The notes below the pieces were generated by a model that searched no databases, was not told the origin of the DNA, and saw only the letters and a program-made list of their open reading frames with translations. The position numbers and the translations under genes are program-made. A DNA stretch of 40,096 nt from a virus: the IMG/VR virus record IMGVR_UViG_3300009962_000005; one strand, given 5' to 3'. Below are positions 1 to 7,332 of this stretch, piece after piece; position 1 is the stretch's first letter; the number at the start of each line of letters is the position of its first letter.

Positions 1-127
1 ATTGTATGATTTCGTCCTCTGGGCCTATGCCGTGGATTACCCGCTCACCGGTAGGCTGTTCAACCCAGATGGGGGTGCTGTAGCGCGCCCAGGTGCCGGG
101 GAAGATACCGCCTTCGTCGGGTGACGG
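1..127. repeat. Left copy of an exact 127-bp terminal overlap (identical to 39970..40096); indicates a closed circular contig
   Basis: Direct comparison: bases 1-127 (attgtatgatttcgtcc...cttcgtcgggtgacgg) recur exactly at 39970-40096. The overlap lies inside the terL reading frame. Confidence 0.95.
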
Positions 128-1033
128 TGTGCCCTGGTATAGGGCGGCCCATGATTTCGGCCCGGCTTCGCGTTTGCGTTTCTCCCAGTTCTTTTGTGTG
201 CGGCCGCGTGCGGACACCATGAACTCGCCGGGTTCCCGCCCTAGCGGGTCTTCTTCCCCGGCCTCCGGCTTATGGTCTGCCTGCGCGGGTATGCGTAGGA
301 ACTCCCATTCGCCGGGGTTTTCCCGCATGAGCATCCCCGCCAGGTCGTTATCGTGCCACCTGGTGAGGATTAGAATCACGGGGGCGCCTGGGGCGAGACG
401 CGCGGCGGCGGTGCCTGTCCACCAGTTCCATTGATCCTTTTGAATGGTGGGTGAAGAGGCGTCTTTGTGCCCGCGCACGGGGTCGTCGATAATCAGCAGG
501 TCGGCCGGTTTACCGGTCATTGCGCCGCCTACGCCCGCGCAGAACACGCTCCCCTCGTGCCCGTCCAGCTTCCAGAATTGTTTTGAGGATGAACCGGGGC
601 GCACACGTATGCCTAGTTTCGCGGCGTTATCGCGGATGTCGTCACGAATAACCCCGCCCCACTCCGTGGCTATTTCCTGTTGGTAGGAGGCGATGATTAC
701 CCGCGTGTCCGGCCTCTGCGTGAGCACCCATTCGACGAAGCGGCGGGAGGCGCGCTGTGATTTGCCCTCCTGCGGTGGCATGCTGATGATTAGCCGCGAA
801 TCCGGTGTGTTGAACGCTTCTACTAGTTTCTGGTCGATCAGGTCTAGCGCCGGGGTCTGCACTGTCCTTTCGTCTAGTGCGGCAGCCAGCTCCCCGGGCG
901 TACTGTATGCGGGTTTACCGGATGTGGTGGTGATGGATTCCAGCAGCTTTTGCGCCACGTGATCGGGTAGTGATGCTACAGCCTCCGCTACCAGCTCGGG
1001 CGGGTAGGCGGCCACCATTTTCAGGAAGTCCAT
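1..1033 (-). CDS. terL: Terminase large subunit, N-terminal ATPase part; the gene wraps the window ends and continues at 39969->39449
   Basis: My translation of the minus strand from ATG 1033 reads MDFLKMVAAYPPELV... It has a Walker A-like SMPPQEGKSQ and a Walker B-like ADLLIIDDP. The frame is open to base 1 and joins in frame (..EIIQ/SWDLAFKGTDQ..) to ORF 39449..39961 across the overlap. Plus-strand ORFs 93..962 are antisense shadows. Confidence 0.9.
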   Translation of the reverse strand, partial: MDFLKMVAAYPPELVAEAVASLPDHVAQKLLESITTTSGKPAYSTPGELAAALDERTVQTPALDLIDQKLVEAFNTPDSRLIISMPPQEGKSQRASRRFVEWVLTQRPDTRVIIASYQQEIATEWGGVIRDDIRDNAAKLGIRVRPGSSSKQFWKLDGHEGSVFCAGVGGAMTGKPADLLIIDDPVRGHKDASSPTIQKDQWNWWTGTAAARLAPGAPVILILTRWHDNDLAGMLMRENPGEWEFLRIPAQADHKPEAGEEDPLGREPGEFMVSARGRTQKNWEKRKREAGPKSWAALYQGTPSPDEGGIFPGTWARYSTPIWVEQPTGERVIHGIGPEDEIIQ

Positions 1034-1055
1034 ACACCCCACCCGCCCCCGTGTT

Positions 1056-1400
1056 TTATTGTCCGGTCATTTGCTGCAGCTTCGCTATCAGCATCTCCTG
1101 CGCCGTTGTCTCGTCCACCTGATCCTGCTTTCTGGTTATACCGGCCCTGTCTAGGACGTTTTCTACGGCGCGTAGCCTGTCGCTTGATTTTTCGGCGCTC
1201 ACCATTTCGCGGGCGAGCACTTTTAGGGCCGGGTCTACCAGCTCTTGGAGCCGCAGGGCGGCTTTGCGTTTGACCTGCGGCGCGGCCCCGCCGTGCATTT
1301 TGCAGACGGTGCCGCCGGGGATGGGGTACCTTTTGCATTGGCCCCCGCGCCGGTTACGGGCTTTGCAGCGCCTACGCGGCGGCTTCTCCTGCTGCGTCAT
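1056..1400 (-). CDS. Putative small terminase / zinc-ribbon DNA-binding protein
   Basis: 114-aa basic protein immediately upstream of terL. It has an N-terminal Cys cluster CKARNRRGGQCKRYPIPGGTVCKMHGGAAPQVK, which I recognise from proteins at the small-terminase position in actinobacteriophages. The function is assigned mainly by position. Confidence 0.5.
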   Translation of the reverse strand: MTQQEKPPRRRCKARNRRGGQCKRYPIPGGTVCKMHGGAAPQVKRKAALRLQELVDPALKVLAREMVSAEKSSDRLRAVENVLDRAGITRKQDQVDETTAQEMLIAKLQQMTGQ

Positions 1401-2862
1401 TCTCCCTCTCCATCTCTGCCACGGCCTCTTGCAGGTCTATAGATACGTCTACGTCGCCGAGGCGTTTAGCGGCTTTTTTCCGGTCGCCCTTCACGAACAC
1501 AAGGATTTCCTGGTGCGTGCGGGCTAGCACACGGGTTTGTTTGAATTGGCGGGGTGAGCGGAGCGCGGCCGTACCAACCTGGGTTAGCAGTATCGCGTCC
1601 TGCGTGTAGGTTAGCCCGGCGGCTTCTGCGGCGTTCAGCATGCACCGGTGCATTGATAGCAGCTCGCCTTTTTTGTTGCGGACGTTGCCGACGATGAAAA
1701 CGGCGAACCGGTCTTTCCGTAGTACGCGGGCGACCTCACGCATGGTTTTCACCATTGATGCGTCGAACTCTGCGGGTGACATGGTAGAAAGGTCTTCCGC
1801 TAGATCGCTGTATACCTCTAGGTCGTAGTAGGGTGGGCACCCTATCACCATGTCGGCCGAACCGGCCGCGCGGGCTGCTAGCGTCTTCCGTGAGTCACCC
1901 ACAACATAGGTGGGGTCGCCCGCCCACCCGTCATAGTTGCCGCGTGACTCTTCCACCTGGGCGCGGTTCTCGTCTACCTGCTCCTGCCGCAGCTCATGCC
2001 CCGTGTAGTGGCGGCCCATTGCTGAGGCGACGATGCCGCGCACTGATCCACCGGCCCAGGGGTCGGTGATTTCGTCGCCTTCGCGGGAGAACCAGCGGTA
2101 GAGGATTTCGCATAGTGCGGCGTCAAAGTTTGATGTGCCGCCGTCTACCTCGTTTAGTTTTTCGGCGAACTCGCTATCTAGGACTTCCTGGGTGGTGAGC
2201 TTCTTACCGGTGGCCTTCTCGGCGAGGTTTTTTACCTCCATGAAGTTTGTGTAACGGTAGTGCGGGGCGTCGCTTAGAAGGCCCTCCGAGCGGCCCGCGA
2301 CGGATTCTATACCACTGGCTGCCCACGCCCGTTTACGGGCCTGCCATGCCCCGCCGCGCGCCGATAGGGTGGTGAAGGGGGGGGTACCGAACTGTTCTTC
2401 AAGGCTGCCGCCCTCCGTGTCTTTCTCCGGCTCTATCTCTTCGGCGATTTCTTCTAGATCGGCCCGTAGCTCGTCCAAATCATCCAGGTCATACCCGGTG
2501 CCTACGAGGTCGTCCAGATCATCTAGCATGTCAAGGAGCGCCTGCGCATCGTATTCCGCGAGGTCGCTTGTGCGGTTATCGGCTAGGGCGATGCGTTTAG
2601 CCTCACTATCGGTGATGTCTAGGACGATAGCGGGGATGGTTTCTAGCCCGAGCTTCTGTGCGGCTTGCACCCGGTGGTTACCGGCTATAACCTCCATTTC
2701 GCGGCCGGTGTGCGTGCCTTTGTTGATGATGACCGGCTGGTAAACGCCGTTGGTCTCCATTGATTCGGCTACGGCGTCGATGTTGCCTCGGCGCGGGTTG
2801 CCCGCTAAAAGCGCAATGTTTTTGAGCGGGATTTCCTGGATTTTGAGTTTGTGCGTGCGCAT
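1372..2862 (-). CDS. ParB-like nuclease domain fused to a DNA (N6/N4) methyltransferase
   Basis: The N-terminus is ParB/Srx-like (IPLKNI..GNPRRG..VIAGNHRVQAAQKLGLETIPAIVLD). The C-terminal half has an AdoMet motif I-like ITDPWAGGS and a catalytic motif IV-like VIGCPPYY. Confidence 0.85.
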   Translation of the reverse strand: MRTHKLKIQEIPLKNIALLAGNPRRGNIDAVAESMETNGVYQPVIINKGTHTGREMEVIAGNHRVQAAQKLGLETIPAIVLDITDSEAKRIALADNRTSDLAEYDAQALLDMLDDLDDLVGTGYDLDDLDELRADLEEIAEEIEPEKDTEGGSLEEQFGTPPFTTLSARGGAWQARKRAWAASGIESVAGRSEGLLSDAPHYRYTNFMEVKNLAEKATGKKLTTQEVLDSEFAEKLNEVDGGTSNFDAALCEILYRWFSREGDEITDPWAGGSVRGIVASAMGRHYTGHELRQEQVDENRAQVEESRGNYDGWAGDPTYVVGDSRKTLAARAAGSADMVIGCPPYYDLEVYSDLAEDLSTMSPAEFDASMVKTMREVARVLRKDRFAVFIVGNVRNKKGELLSMHRCMLNAAEAAGLTYTQDAILLTQVGTAALRSPRQFKQTRVLARTHQEILVFVKGDRKKAAKRLGDVDVSIDLQEAVAEMERENDAAGEAAA

Positions 2863-3053
2863 GCTGCCTCTCCGGTCGGGTCTCGGTATGCGGGTGTTGG
2901 CCTGTTTCTGGGTCTGCGTTGGGTTTGGCGGGCGTGGTGGCGCTCTATCGCCCGCGTTATGTCCCGGTCGGTGAGGGCGCGTATTTCGGCGTCGTCGCTG
3001 GTGTCGCGCATCTGGAATGCCCGGAGGATGTCGAATAGTGTTGTGTCGCTCAT
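2805..3053 (-). CDS. Hypothetical protein (start moved to ATG 3053, MSDTTLFDIL...)
   Basis: ORF track 2805..3080; the upstream start would lie inside hairpin 3071-3099. The 3' end overlaps the ParB-MTase start by 58 nt, so this call is uncertain. Confidence 0.35.
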   Translation of the reverse strand: MSDTTLFDILRAFQMRDTSDDAEIRALTDRDITRAIERHHARQTQRRPRNRPTPAYRDPTGEAACARTNSKSRKSRSKTLRF

Positions 3054-3070
3054 GGTCTTTAAATTGGTTT

Positions 3071-3099
3071 GGCCCCGCACACGTGTTGTGTGCGGGGCC
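3071..3099. terminator. Perfect 12-bp stem hairpin (ggccccgcacac/gtgtgcggggcc) between genes
   Basis: Read directly from the sequence. Only a modest T-rich tail on the plus side (tgtttggtgt). Confidence 0.5.
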
Positions 3100-3160
3100 T
3101 GTTTGGTGTAAAAAAATGCCCGGGTGCTCCCGGGTTAGTGTGCGCCTGGTGTACCCGTCA

Positions 3161-3748
3161 CTAGGGTACAGTTGTGCCTGCTAGGGACATGATAGCAGTT
3201 TTCGTTTCGCTGTTCAAATTCTCTAGCCCGGTGATTCCGTGCGCGGTGTGCCCGCACCCGTCGGCACCGCAGGCGATGGTGAGGCGCGGCCCGTCCAGTG
3301 TGATAGTGAGCGCGGGGGTAACAACCCGCTCCCCCTCACTGTTGTGCCTATACACCTGCTCCGCCCCGCAGTGCGGGCATACACCCTCTAGCGGTACCTT
3401 GATATGGTTGAGCGCCCGTATCCGGTCGCACCATTCCAGGGCCTCGGCTAGGGCGTGCAGCCCGGGAGTGTTAGACGCCCAGTATTTCACACGGGTTTTC
3501 CTATCGGCCGCCCGCATATGGTGTGAGCAGACCCGGTTCACCTCCGCGTCGATGTCCTGCTCTATCTGCGCCGCGTCTAGGTTGATGGGTGATGATGCGC
3601 CGCCGCCGCCTGCACCGCCCCACCGGCGGGCTGTTTTCGCGTCTGCCAGCTGATCCAGCAGCGGCATTTCGGTGATCCGTTCCCCGCTGGGTAGTGTGGT
3701 GGGTGCGCCGTCGCATAGTGCGCGTATTGCTTGAGTGAGTGTTTTCAT
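3161..3748 (-). CDS. Hypothetical protein with C-terminal Cys/His cluster (CPHCGAEQ...CGADGCGH)
   Basis: 195-aa ORF with ATG at 3748, tightly packed in the minus-strand operon. No family recognised. Confidence 0.6.
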   Translation of the reverse strand: MKTLTQAIRALCDGAPTTLPSGERITEMPLLDQLADAKTARRWGGAGGGGASSPINLDAAQIEQDIDAEVNRVCSHHMRAADRKTRVKYWASNTPGLHALAEALEWCDRIRALNHIKVPLEGVCPHCGAEQVYRHNSEGERVVTPALTITLDGPRLTIACGADGCGHTAHGITGLENLNSETKTAIMSLAGTTVP

Positions 3749-3779
3749 GAGCTGTTTTTCCCTTGCTGAGTGATAGGGA

Positions 3780-3807
3780 AGACCCCGGGGTATGCTCCCC
3801 GGGGTCT
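3780..3807. terminator. 11-bp stem hairpin (agaccccgggg/ccccggggtct)
   Basis: Read directly; intergenic between 3748 and 3824. Confidence 0.45.
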
Positions 3808-3823
3808 ACTGTTTACTATTTGG

Positions 3824-4081
3824 TTACCGTGAGGTGGTTTCCCATATTTCGTTTGAGTTCAGCCGGTGCTCCCGGCCCATCCTGTCATGCACCACGACCA
3901 GCCGCCCGCAGTGCAGGCACGAGACGACCAGGCCCCGCCGCGTCGCGTAGTGAAACTGTGGCATGTGCAGCGTGTCCGGTAGACGCTCGTTTACTCTCGG
4001 CCACATGCTGAGCTGCGGTGTGAGCGACCCGGGGTAGGGGATGATGCTCCGCCGCTGCGGCGTAAATAGTTTCCGTGTCAT
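3824..4081 (-). CDS. Hypothetical small protein
   Basis: 85-aa ORF; its ATG 4081 overlaps the upstream stop as ATGA (translational coupling). Confidence 0.55.
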   Translation of the reverse strand: MTRKLFTPQRRSIIPYPGSLTPQLSMWPRVNERLPDTLHMPQFHYATRRGLVVSCLHCGRLVVVHDRMGREHRLNSNEIWETTSR

Positions 4082-4347
4082 GCGTTCACCGCCTGCCCTA
4101 GCCGCTCACGGCGGCGCGCAATGAAATAGTTCAGCCCGTAGGCTTCGGCCGCCTGCTCGCCCGTCAAGGCCACCTTTTTAGGCTTAGGCCCGGTCTTAGC
4201 GCGCACGCTTTTCTTTTTCCGCAGGTACCTTTCGCGGGAGTATTTCGCGGCGCTTTTGCGTTTGCTGCAGTTGAGGCACCCGGCCTGGTATTGGCCGTGA
4301 GGGCACCCGCAGCCTATGCACCTACCCCCGTTCTGTGGCTTCCTCAT
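4078..4347 (-). CDS. Hypothetical basic Cys-rich protein (CIGCGCPHGQYQAGCLNC)
   Basis: 89-aa ORF with ATGA overlap to the upstream gene. N-terminal Cys cluster followed by a Lys/Arg-rich region suggests nucleic-acid binding. Confidence 0.55.
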   Translation of the reverse strand: MRKPQNGGRCIGCGCPHGQYQAGCLNCSKRKSAAKYSRERYLRKKKSVRAKTGPKPKKVALTGEQAAEAYGLNYFIARRRERLGQAVNA

Positions 4348-4856
4348 TTCTGATTCACCAGCTCCCAGATGGTTTTTTGGTCTTCATCACCTATTTTTTG
4401 CGCCCAGCATTCCAGCATTTCCGCTCGACTATGGAGGCGGAGAACGTAGCTAGCGCCTGCGATGAAAGCTTTTTCTTTGCTACCTTCTTCCTTCTCGTGC
4501 AATTCATGGATGAAGCTTTTACTGCTTCCCCACAGGACTATTGATAGGACTGAGTTCACCGCTAATGCGTGAACGCTTGAATGGTTGCTTAGTTTTTCCT
4601 GTAGAGTTTCCGATTTAGAAACTGCGCCCCAGTATGGGAGTTCCTGGGGTGCACCATTGACTAGCTGGTTAGCGTACCGGCGTAGGCAGTCGGCGGCTTT
4701 CAGGAAGTCTTCGCCGCCGTTCTTACGGGGTGCGCGCCACACATATTTGAGGGCCGACCCGAGCCAGAACGGCAGGGGGGTTACGATCATGTCCGGGCTA
4801 ATGCCGTGGATGGGGGCGTAGTGCCCGCCTTTGAGCTGAGGATTTTGTAATTTCAT
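4344..4856 (-). CDS. DUF3310-like phage protein with a long AT-richer C-terminal extension
   Basis: The core LGSALKYVWRAPRKNGGEDFLKAADCLRRY matches the DUF3310 pattern as I remember it. ATG 4856 is preferred over GTG 4868 because GGTGGA lies 8 nt upstream. Confidence 0.6.
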   Translation of the reverse strand: MKLQNPQLKGGHYAPIHGISPDMIVTPLPFWLGSALKYVWRAPRKNGGEDFLKAADCLRRYANQLVNGAPQELPYWGAVSKSETLQEKLSNHSSVHALAVNSVLSIVLWGSSKSFIHELHEKEEGSKEKAFIAGASYVLRLHSRAEMLECWAQKIGDEDQKTIWELVNQK

Positions 4857-4902
4857 TGTGTTGTCCACCTATGTGGGGTTTATTTGGTGTTTCCTTTTGT
4901 GT

Positions 4903-4945
4903 CCCCCGGCCGGGTTTTTAGCCCAGCCGGGGGTTCTTTTTATTT
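4903..4945 (+). terminator. Hairpin (cccccggc/gccggggg) followed by TTCTTTTTATTT on the plus strand
   Basis: Read directly. The T-tract is on the strand antisense to the flanking genes. Confidence 0.5.
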
Positions 4946-4950
4946 AGTGG

Positions 4951-5154
4951 CTAGATCGCGTTTTCTTCCACGATGCGCCAGAAGTCGGGTTCTTCGACTT
5001 TGAGCATGTACCCGTCTTCATAGCCGCAGAGCACCTTATCGGCGATTGCGTCGATATTGTATGCGGCGTAGGCGTCTTGTACGTCGCCTGCTTCGATTGG
5101 CTCTACGATTTCGCGGTAGATAGCTTCGCTGCGGGTGGTGTAGGTGCGTGCCAT
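4951..5154 (-). CDS. Small acidic hypothetical protein (67 aa, MARTYTTRSEAIYREIVEPIEAGDVQD...)
   Basis: ATG 5154 is preceded by AAGGAG. It is driven by promoter-module copy a. The longer track ORF (to 5256) would translate the promoter. Confidence 0.65.
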   Translation of the reverse strand: MARTYTTRSEAIYREIVEPIEAGDVQDAYAAYNIDAIADKVLCGYEDGYMLKVEEPDFWRIVEENAI

Positions 5155-5227
5155 TTCAAGGCTCCTTAGGTTGTTGTTGTTTCCCCCGGTGGTTCCGGTT
5201 CGGTGGGCTGTTTGCCCTACAACTAAT

Positions 5228-5256
5228 ACTATACGCCCCGTATAGTTTACGTGCAA
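5228..5256 (-). promoter_or_regulatory. Promoter/operator module copy a: TTGCAC-17-TATAGT with CTATACggggcGTATAG
   Basis: The reverse complement of 5228-5256 reads ttgcacgtaaactatacggggcgtatagt. This is one of five near-identical modules. Confidence 0.7.
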
Positions 5257-5471
5257 GCCGAAACGGAGTGAACTCCATCACCAACCCTGGGTAGCTCCCA
5301 CACCGGCGTACACACCCGCAAATGATAATCCAGAGCCGCCCTAGCCGTACCCTCACTCACACGCCAAAGATACTGCTCTGACTGGCAGCGGGGGCATATG
5401 AGCGTCAGCCCCTCCCGGTTCAGGTAGGATTCCACTACGCGGGTAGGGCCACTAGCGACAACCTCGATCAT
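5247..5471 (-). CDS. Hypothetical small protein with CPRC...C motif
   Basis: 74-aa ORF in the operon, with a 4-nt overlap to the upstream gene. Confidence 0.5.
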   Translation of the reverse strand: MIEVVASGPTRVVESYLNREGLTLICPRCQSEQYLWRVSEGTARAALDYHLRVCTPVWELPRVGDGVHSVSACT

Positions 5472-5650
5472 TGGCGCACACCCCCCGCATTGCGCGTGTA
5501 CTCATGCGTCAGCCCGTGCTCACGCGCTTTCTCCCACGTCTCATAGAGCGGGAGCGTGTAGCGGCAACCATCGTCCCAATGGCACACACTGCATTTCCAC
5601 ACCCAACCCTCTTGCGCAATGGGCACAACCCGCGTGCTGTGGCTAGTCAT
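5468..5650 (-). CDS. Hypothetical small Cys-rich protein (CSVCHWDDGC)
   Basis: ATG 5650 (MTSHSTRVV...) gives an 8-nt overlap with the stop of 5643..5846. Confidence 0.5.
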   Translation of the reverse strand: MTSHSTRVVPIAQEGWVWKCSVCHWDDGCRYTLPLYETWEKAREHGLTHEYTRNAGGVRQ

Positions 5651-5846
5651 TTGCTGCCACCCCCTCAGATGCTTTATCGTAGGCGGCCTCAAGCGCTAGA
5701 ATGATGCATTTTGAGTCGTGCTGCAGGGCAGCCTTGGACGGCCGGTAATTGCCCGCATCGAATGCATGCCCGGTGTCGGGGATCATGTCTAGCATGATGC
5801 GGATGTTTTCCTCTAAATCATCCAGTAGGGCGGTGAAATTACTCAT
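5643..5846 (-). CDS. Hypothetical small acidic protein
   Basis: 67-aa ORF with ATG 5846. Confidence 0.5.
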   Translation of the reverse strand: MSNFTALLDDLEENIRIMLDMIPDTGHAFDAGNYRPSKAALQHDSKCIILALEAAYDKASEGVAAND

Positions 5847-5867
5847 TGTTATCTCCCTTGTTTCTTT

Positions 5868-6617
5868 CTATGCGGCTAGCGTCAGTACCGGCTTCTGCAT
5901 CATGGCGCGCAGCTTCTCTATACCCTGCGCGGTCACCCGTATCTGCGGTGCTCCGTTTACCCGCTCGCCGGTGATGTCGGTGTAGTGTGTAGCGCGGGTG
6001 GCTAGCAGGCCCCGATCAATCGCTGCTTGGTAGGGGTGGCGGCGGCCGCCGCGCTTGAATACCCACCCGCATTCTTCGAGGTAAGCGAAGAGCCGCGTCT
6101 GCCCGGTGGGCACCCCGGCGCGGGAGAGAAGCTTAGCGGCCTCCCCCACGCTATAATCACCATCAGCACCCAGGAAGCCGTCGTATGCGCCTACCTTCGG
6201 CGCTTGCTCTTCGACTTTGGCGGTGAGCGCGAGCTTTTCTTTTTCGGAGGCTACTAGCGCCTCTAACGCCTCTAAATAGTTGCCCGGTAGGGCGGGCACC
6301 CCGTAGGCGCCGGTCTTGCGGATGGCCGGGAGCACCTGCTCAGTCACCCACGCCTCAAATGGTTCGGCCGCCGGGCTGTTAGACCGCAACACTACGCGGT
6401 AAAGGTTCGGTTCGTTGATGATCGTCACCGGCTGCGAGCCGCCACGGGTAGGGGTGTGAGTTTTACTCACCCCCTTCTGGTTGAGTCGTTCGGCTACCCG
6501 GGCGGGGGTGGTGAGGTCTAGCAGCTCGCAAATGTCCCGCAGCACGAACCACGGCTCACCGTCGATCATGAAAACCCGAATGGGTTCGCTGTTGAATTTG
6601 TATATTTCCGGTTTCAT
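5868..6617 (-). CDS. Phage antirepressor (Bro-N domain plus KilAC/ANT-like C-terminal domain)
   Basis: The N-terminus (FNSEPIRVFMIDGEPWFVLRDICELLDL...NLYRVVLRSNSPAAEPFEAWVTEQVLPAIRKTG) is a typical Bro-N domain. The C-terminal part (YSVGEAAKLL...) resembles KilAC. Confidence 0.8.
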   Translation of the reverse strand: MKPEIYKFNSEPIRVFMIDGEPWFVLRDICELLDLTTPARVAERLNQKGVSKTHTPTRGGSQPVTIINEPNLYRVVLRSNSPAAEPFEAWVTEQVLPAIRKTGAYGVPALPGNYLEALEALVASEKEKLALTAKVEEQAPKVGAYDGFLGADGDYSVGEAAKLLSRAGVPTGQTRLFAYLEECGWVFKRGGRRHPYQAAIDRGLLATRATHYTDITGERVNGAPQIRVTAQGIEKLRAMMQKPVLTLAA

Positions 6618-7267
6618 TGTTTCCCCTTGATTTGCGCGTAGTTTTCCGCGTCGATTTCTTCCACGGTTTCGATTATTTTTTTGAGAGCATTTTTTGCGGC
6701 GTCCACGCCCTCATTTATTCCGTCGATTACCGGTTCACTGAATGCCCATTGCGATTTTTCTTGCGCATACGATATTTCTTCATCCAGTATTTCTTTTGAT
6801 TTCTCTAATTCGATTAGAGCGTTATCCGCACTGTCTTTTAGAGATAATAGTTTTGATACGTCCACTATTGAATCGTCCTTACTGATCGGGCGTATTATCA
6901 CCATCACCCCGGGGCGGTCTTTATCCGGTTCGCCGTGGTGCAGGTGAGGCCCGTCCACGTGCGTGTAATCATCATCTTCGAGCAGCCCGGATAGTACGAT
7001 GCCGTCCACGATTGCCTTAGCCACCGGGTACAAATTCCCTGGGTCGTAGCGGCGGCCGGTGGGTTTGTGAATTATCATGTCGATTTTGGCGAAATAGTTT
7101 ATGCGTGATTTGGGGATTCCCTCACGGATTTGTTTTGCTGTTTCGTCTCGCCATGCCCGCGTGTTTTTTGCCCGCGCCCAGTGTCCGGCCCGGTTTACTT
7201 CGTTGCTGGTGAGAAATTTTTTATCACCTAGCGGGATTGTGAATACTAGCCCGGGTTTTTGCGCCAT
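6614..7267 (-). CDS. rusA: RusA-like Holliday junction resolvase with an extra ~85-aa AT-richer C-terminal extension
   Basis: The RusA pattern is present: ..RYDPGNLYPVAKAIVDGIVLSGLLEDDDYTHV.. Start taken at ATG 7267 (MAQKPGLVF). The C-terminal SKDDSIVDVSKLL...IKGKQ has no RusA counterpart. Confidence 0.7.
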   Translation of the reverse strand: MAQKPGLVFTIPLGDKKFLTSNEVNRAGHWARAKNTRAWRDETAKQIREGIPKSRINYFAKIDMIIHKPTGRRYDPGNLYPVAKAIVDGIVLSGLLEDDDYTHVDGPHLHHGEPDKDRPGVMVIIRPISKDDSIVDVSKLLSLKDSADNALIELEKSKEILDEEISYAQEKSQWAFSEPVIDGINEGVDAAKNALKKIIETVEEIDAENYAQIKGKQ

Positions 7268-7286
7268 TGCTTTCTTTCTTTTGTTT

Positions 7287-7332
7287 CGCGTGTGCCCCGG
7301 CGTGAACCGGGGCACACGCTGTTTTTTGTTTT
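7287..7332 (+). terminator. Textbook intrinsic terminator on the plus strand (13-bp stem gcgtgtgccccgg/ccggggcacacgc followed by TGTTTTTTGTTTTT)
   Basis: Read directly. It lies between the ssb stop (7332) and the rusA start (7267), both minus-strand genes. Confidence 0.6.

Noticed and set aside
1-127. Terminal repeat considered as a genuine cos site or direct terminal repeat.
   Set aside because: It lies inside the terL coding sequence, and its exact length (127) matches a common assembler k-mer. Circular-overlap artefact is the simpler explanation, though this is untested.
93-962. Three plus-strand ORFs at the start of the window.
   Set aside because: The minus strand here encodes the terL N-terminus with clear Walker motifs, so the plus-strand ORFs are shadows.
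2377-2384. G8 (C8 on the coding strand) homopolymer inside the methyltransferase gene, considered as a phase-variation tract.
   Set aside because: G/C runs of 6-8 occur elsewhere in this GC-rich genome (for example 36390-36396). A single 8-mer is within chance expectation and the frame is intact.
3161-4347. Cys-rich small proteins upstream of the packaging genes, considered as HNH endonuclease.
   Set aside because: I found no H-N-H/His-Me motif (no HxxxxxN...H pattern), so they stay as hypothetical zinc-ribbon proteins.
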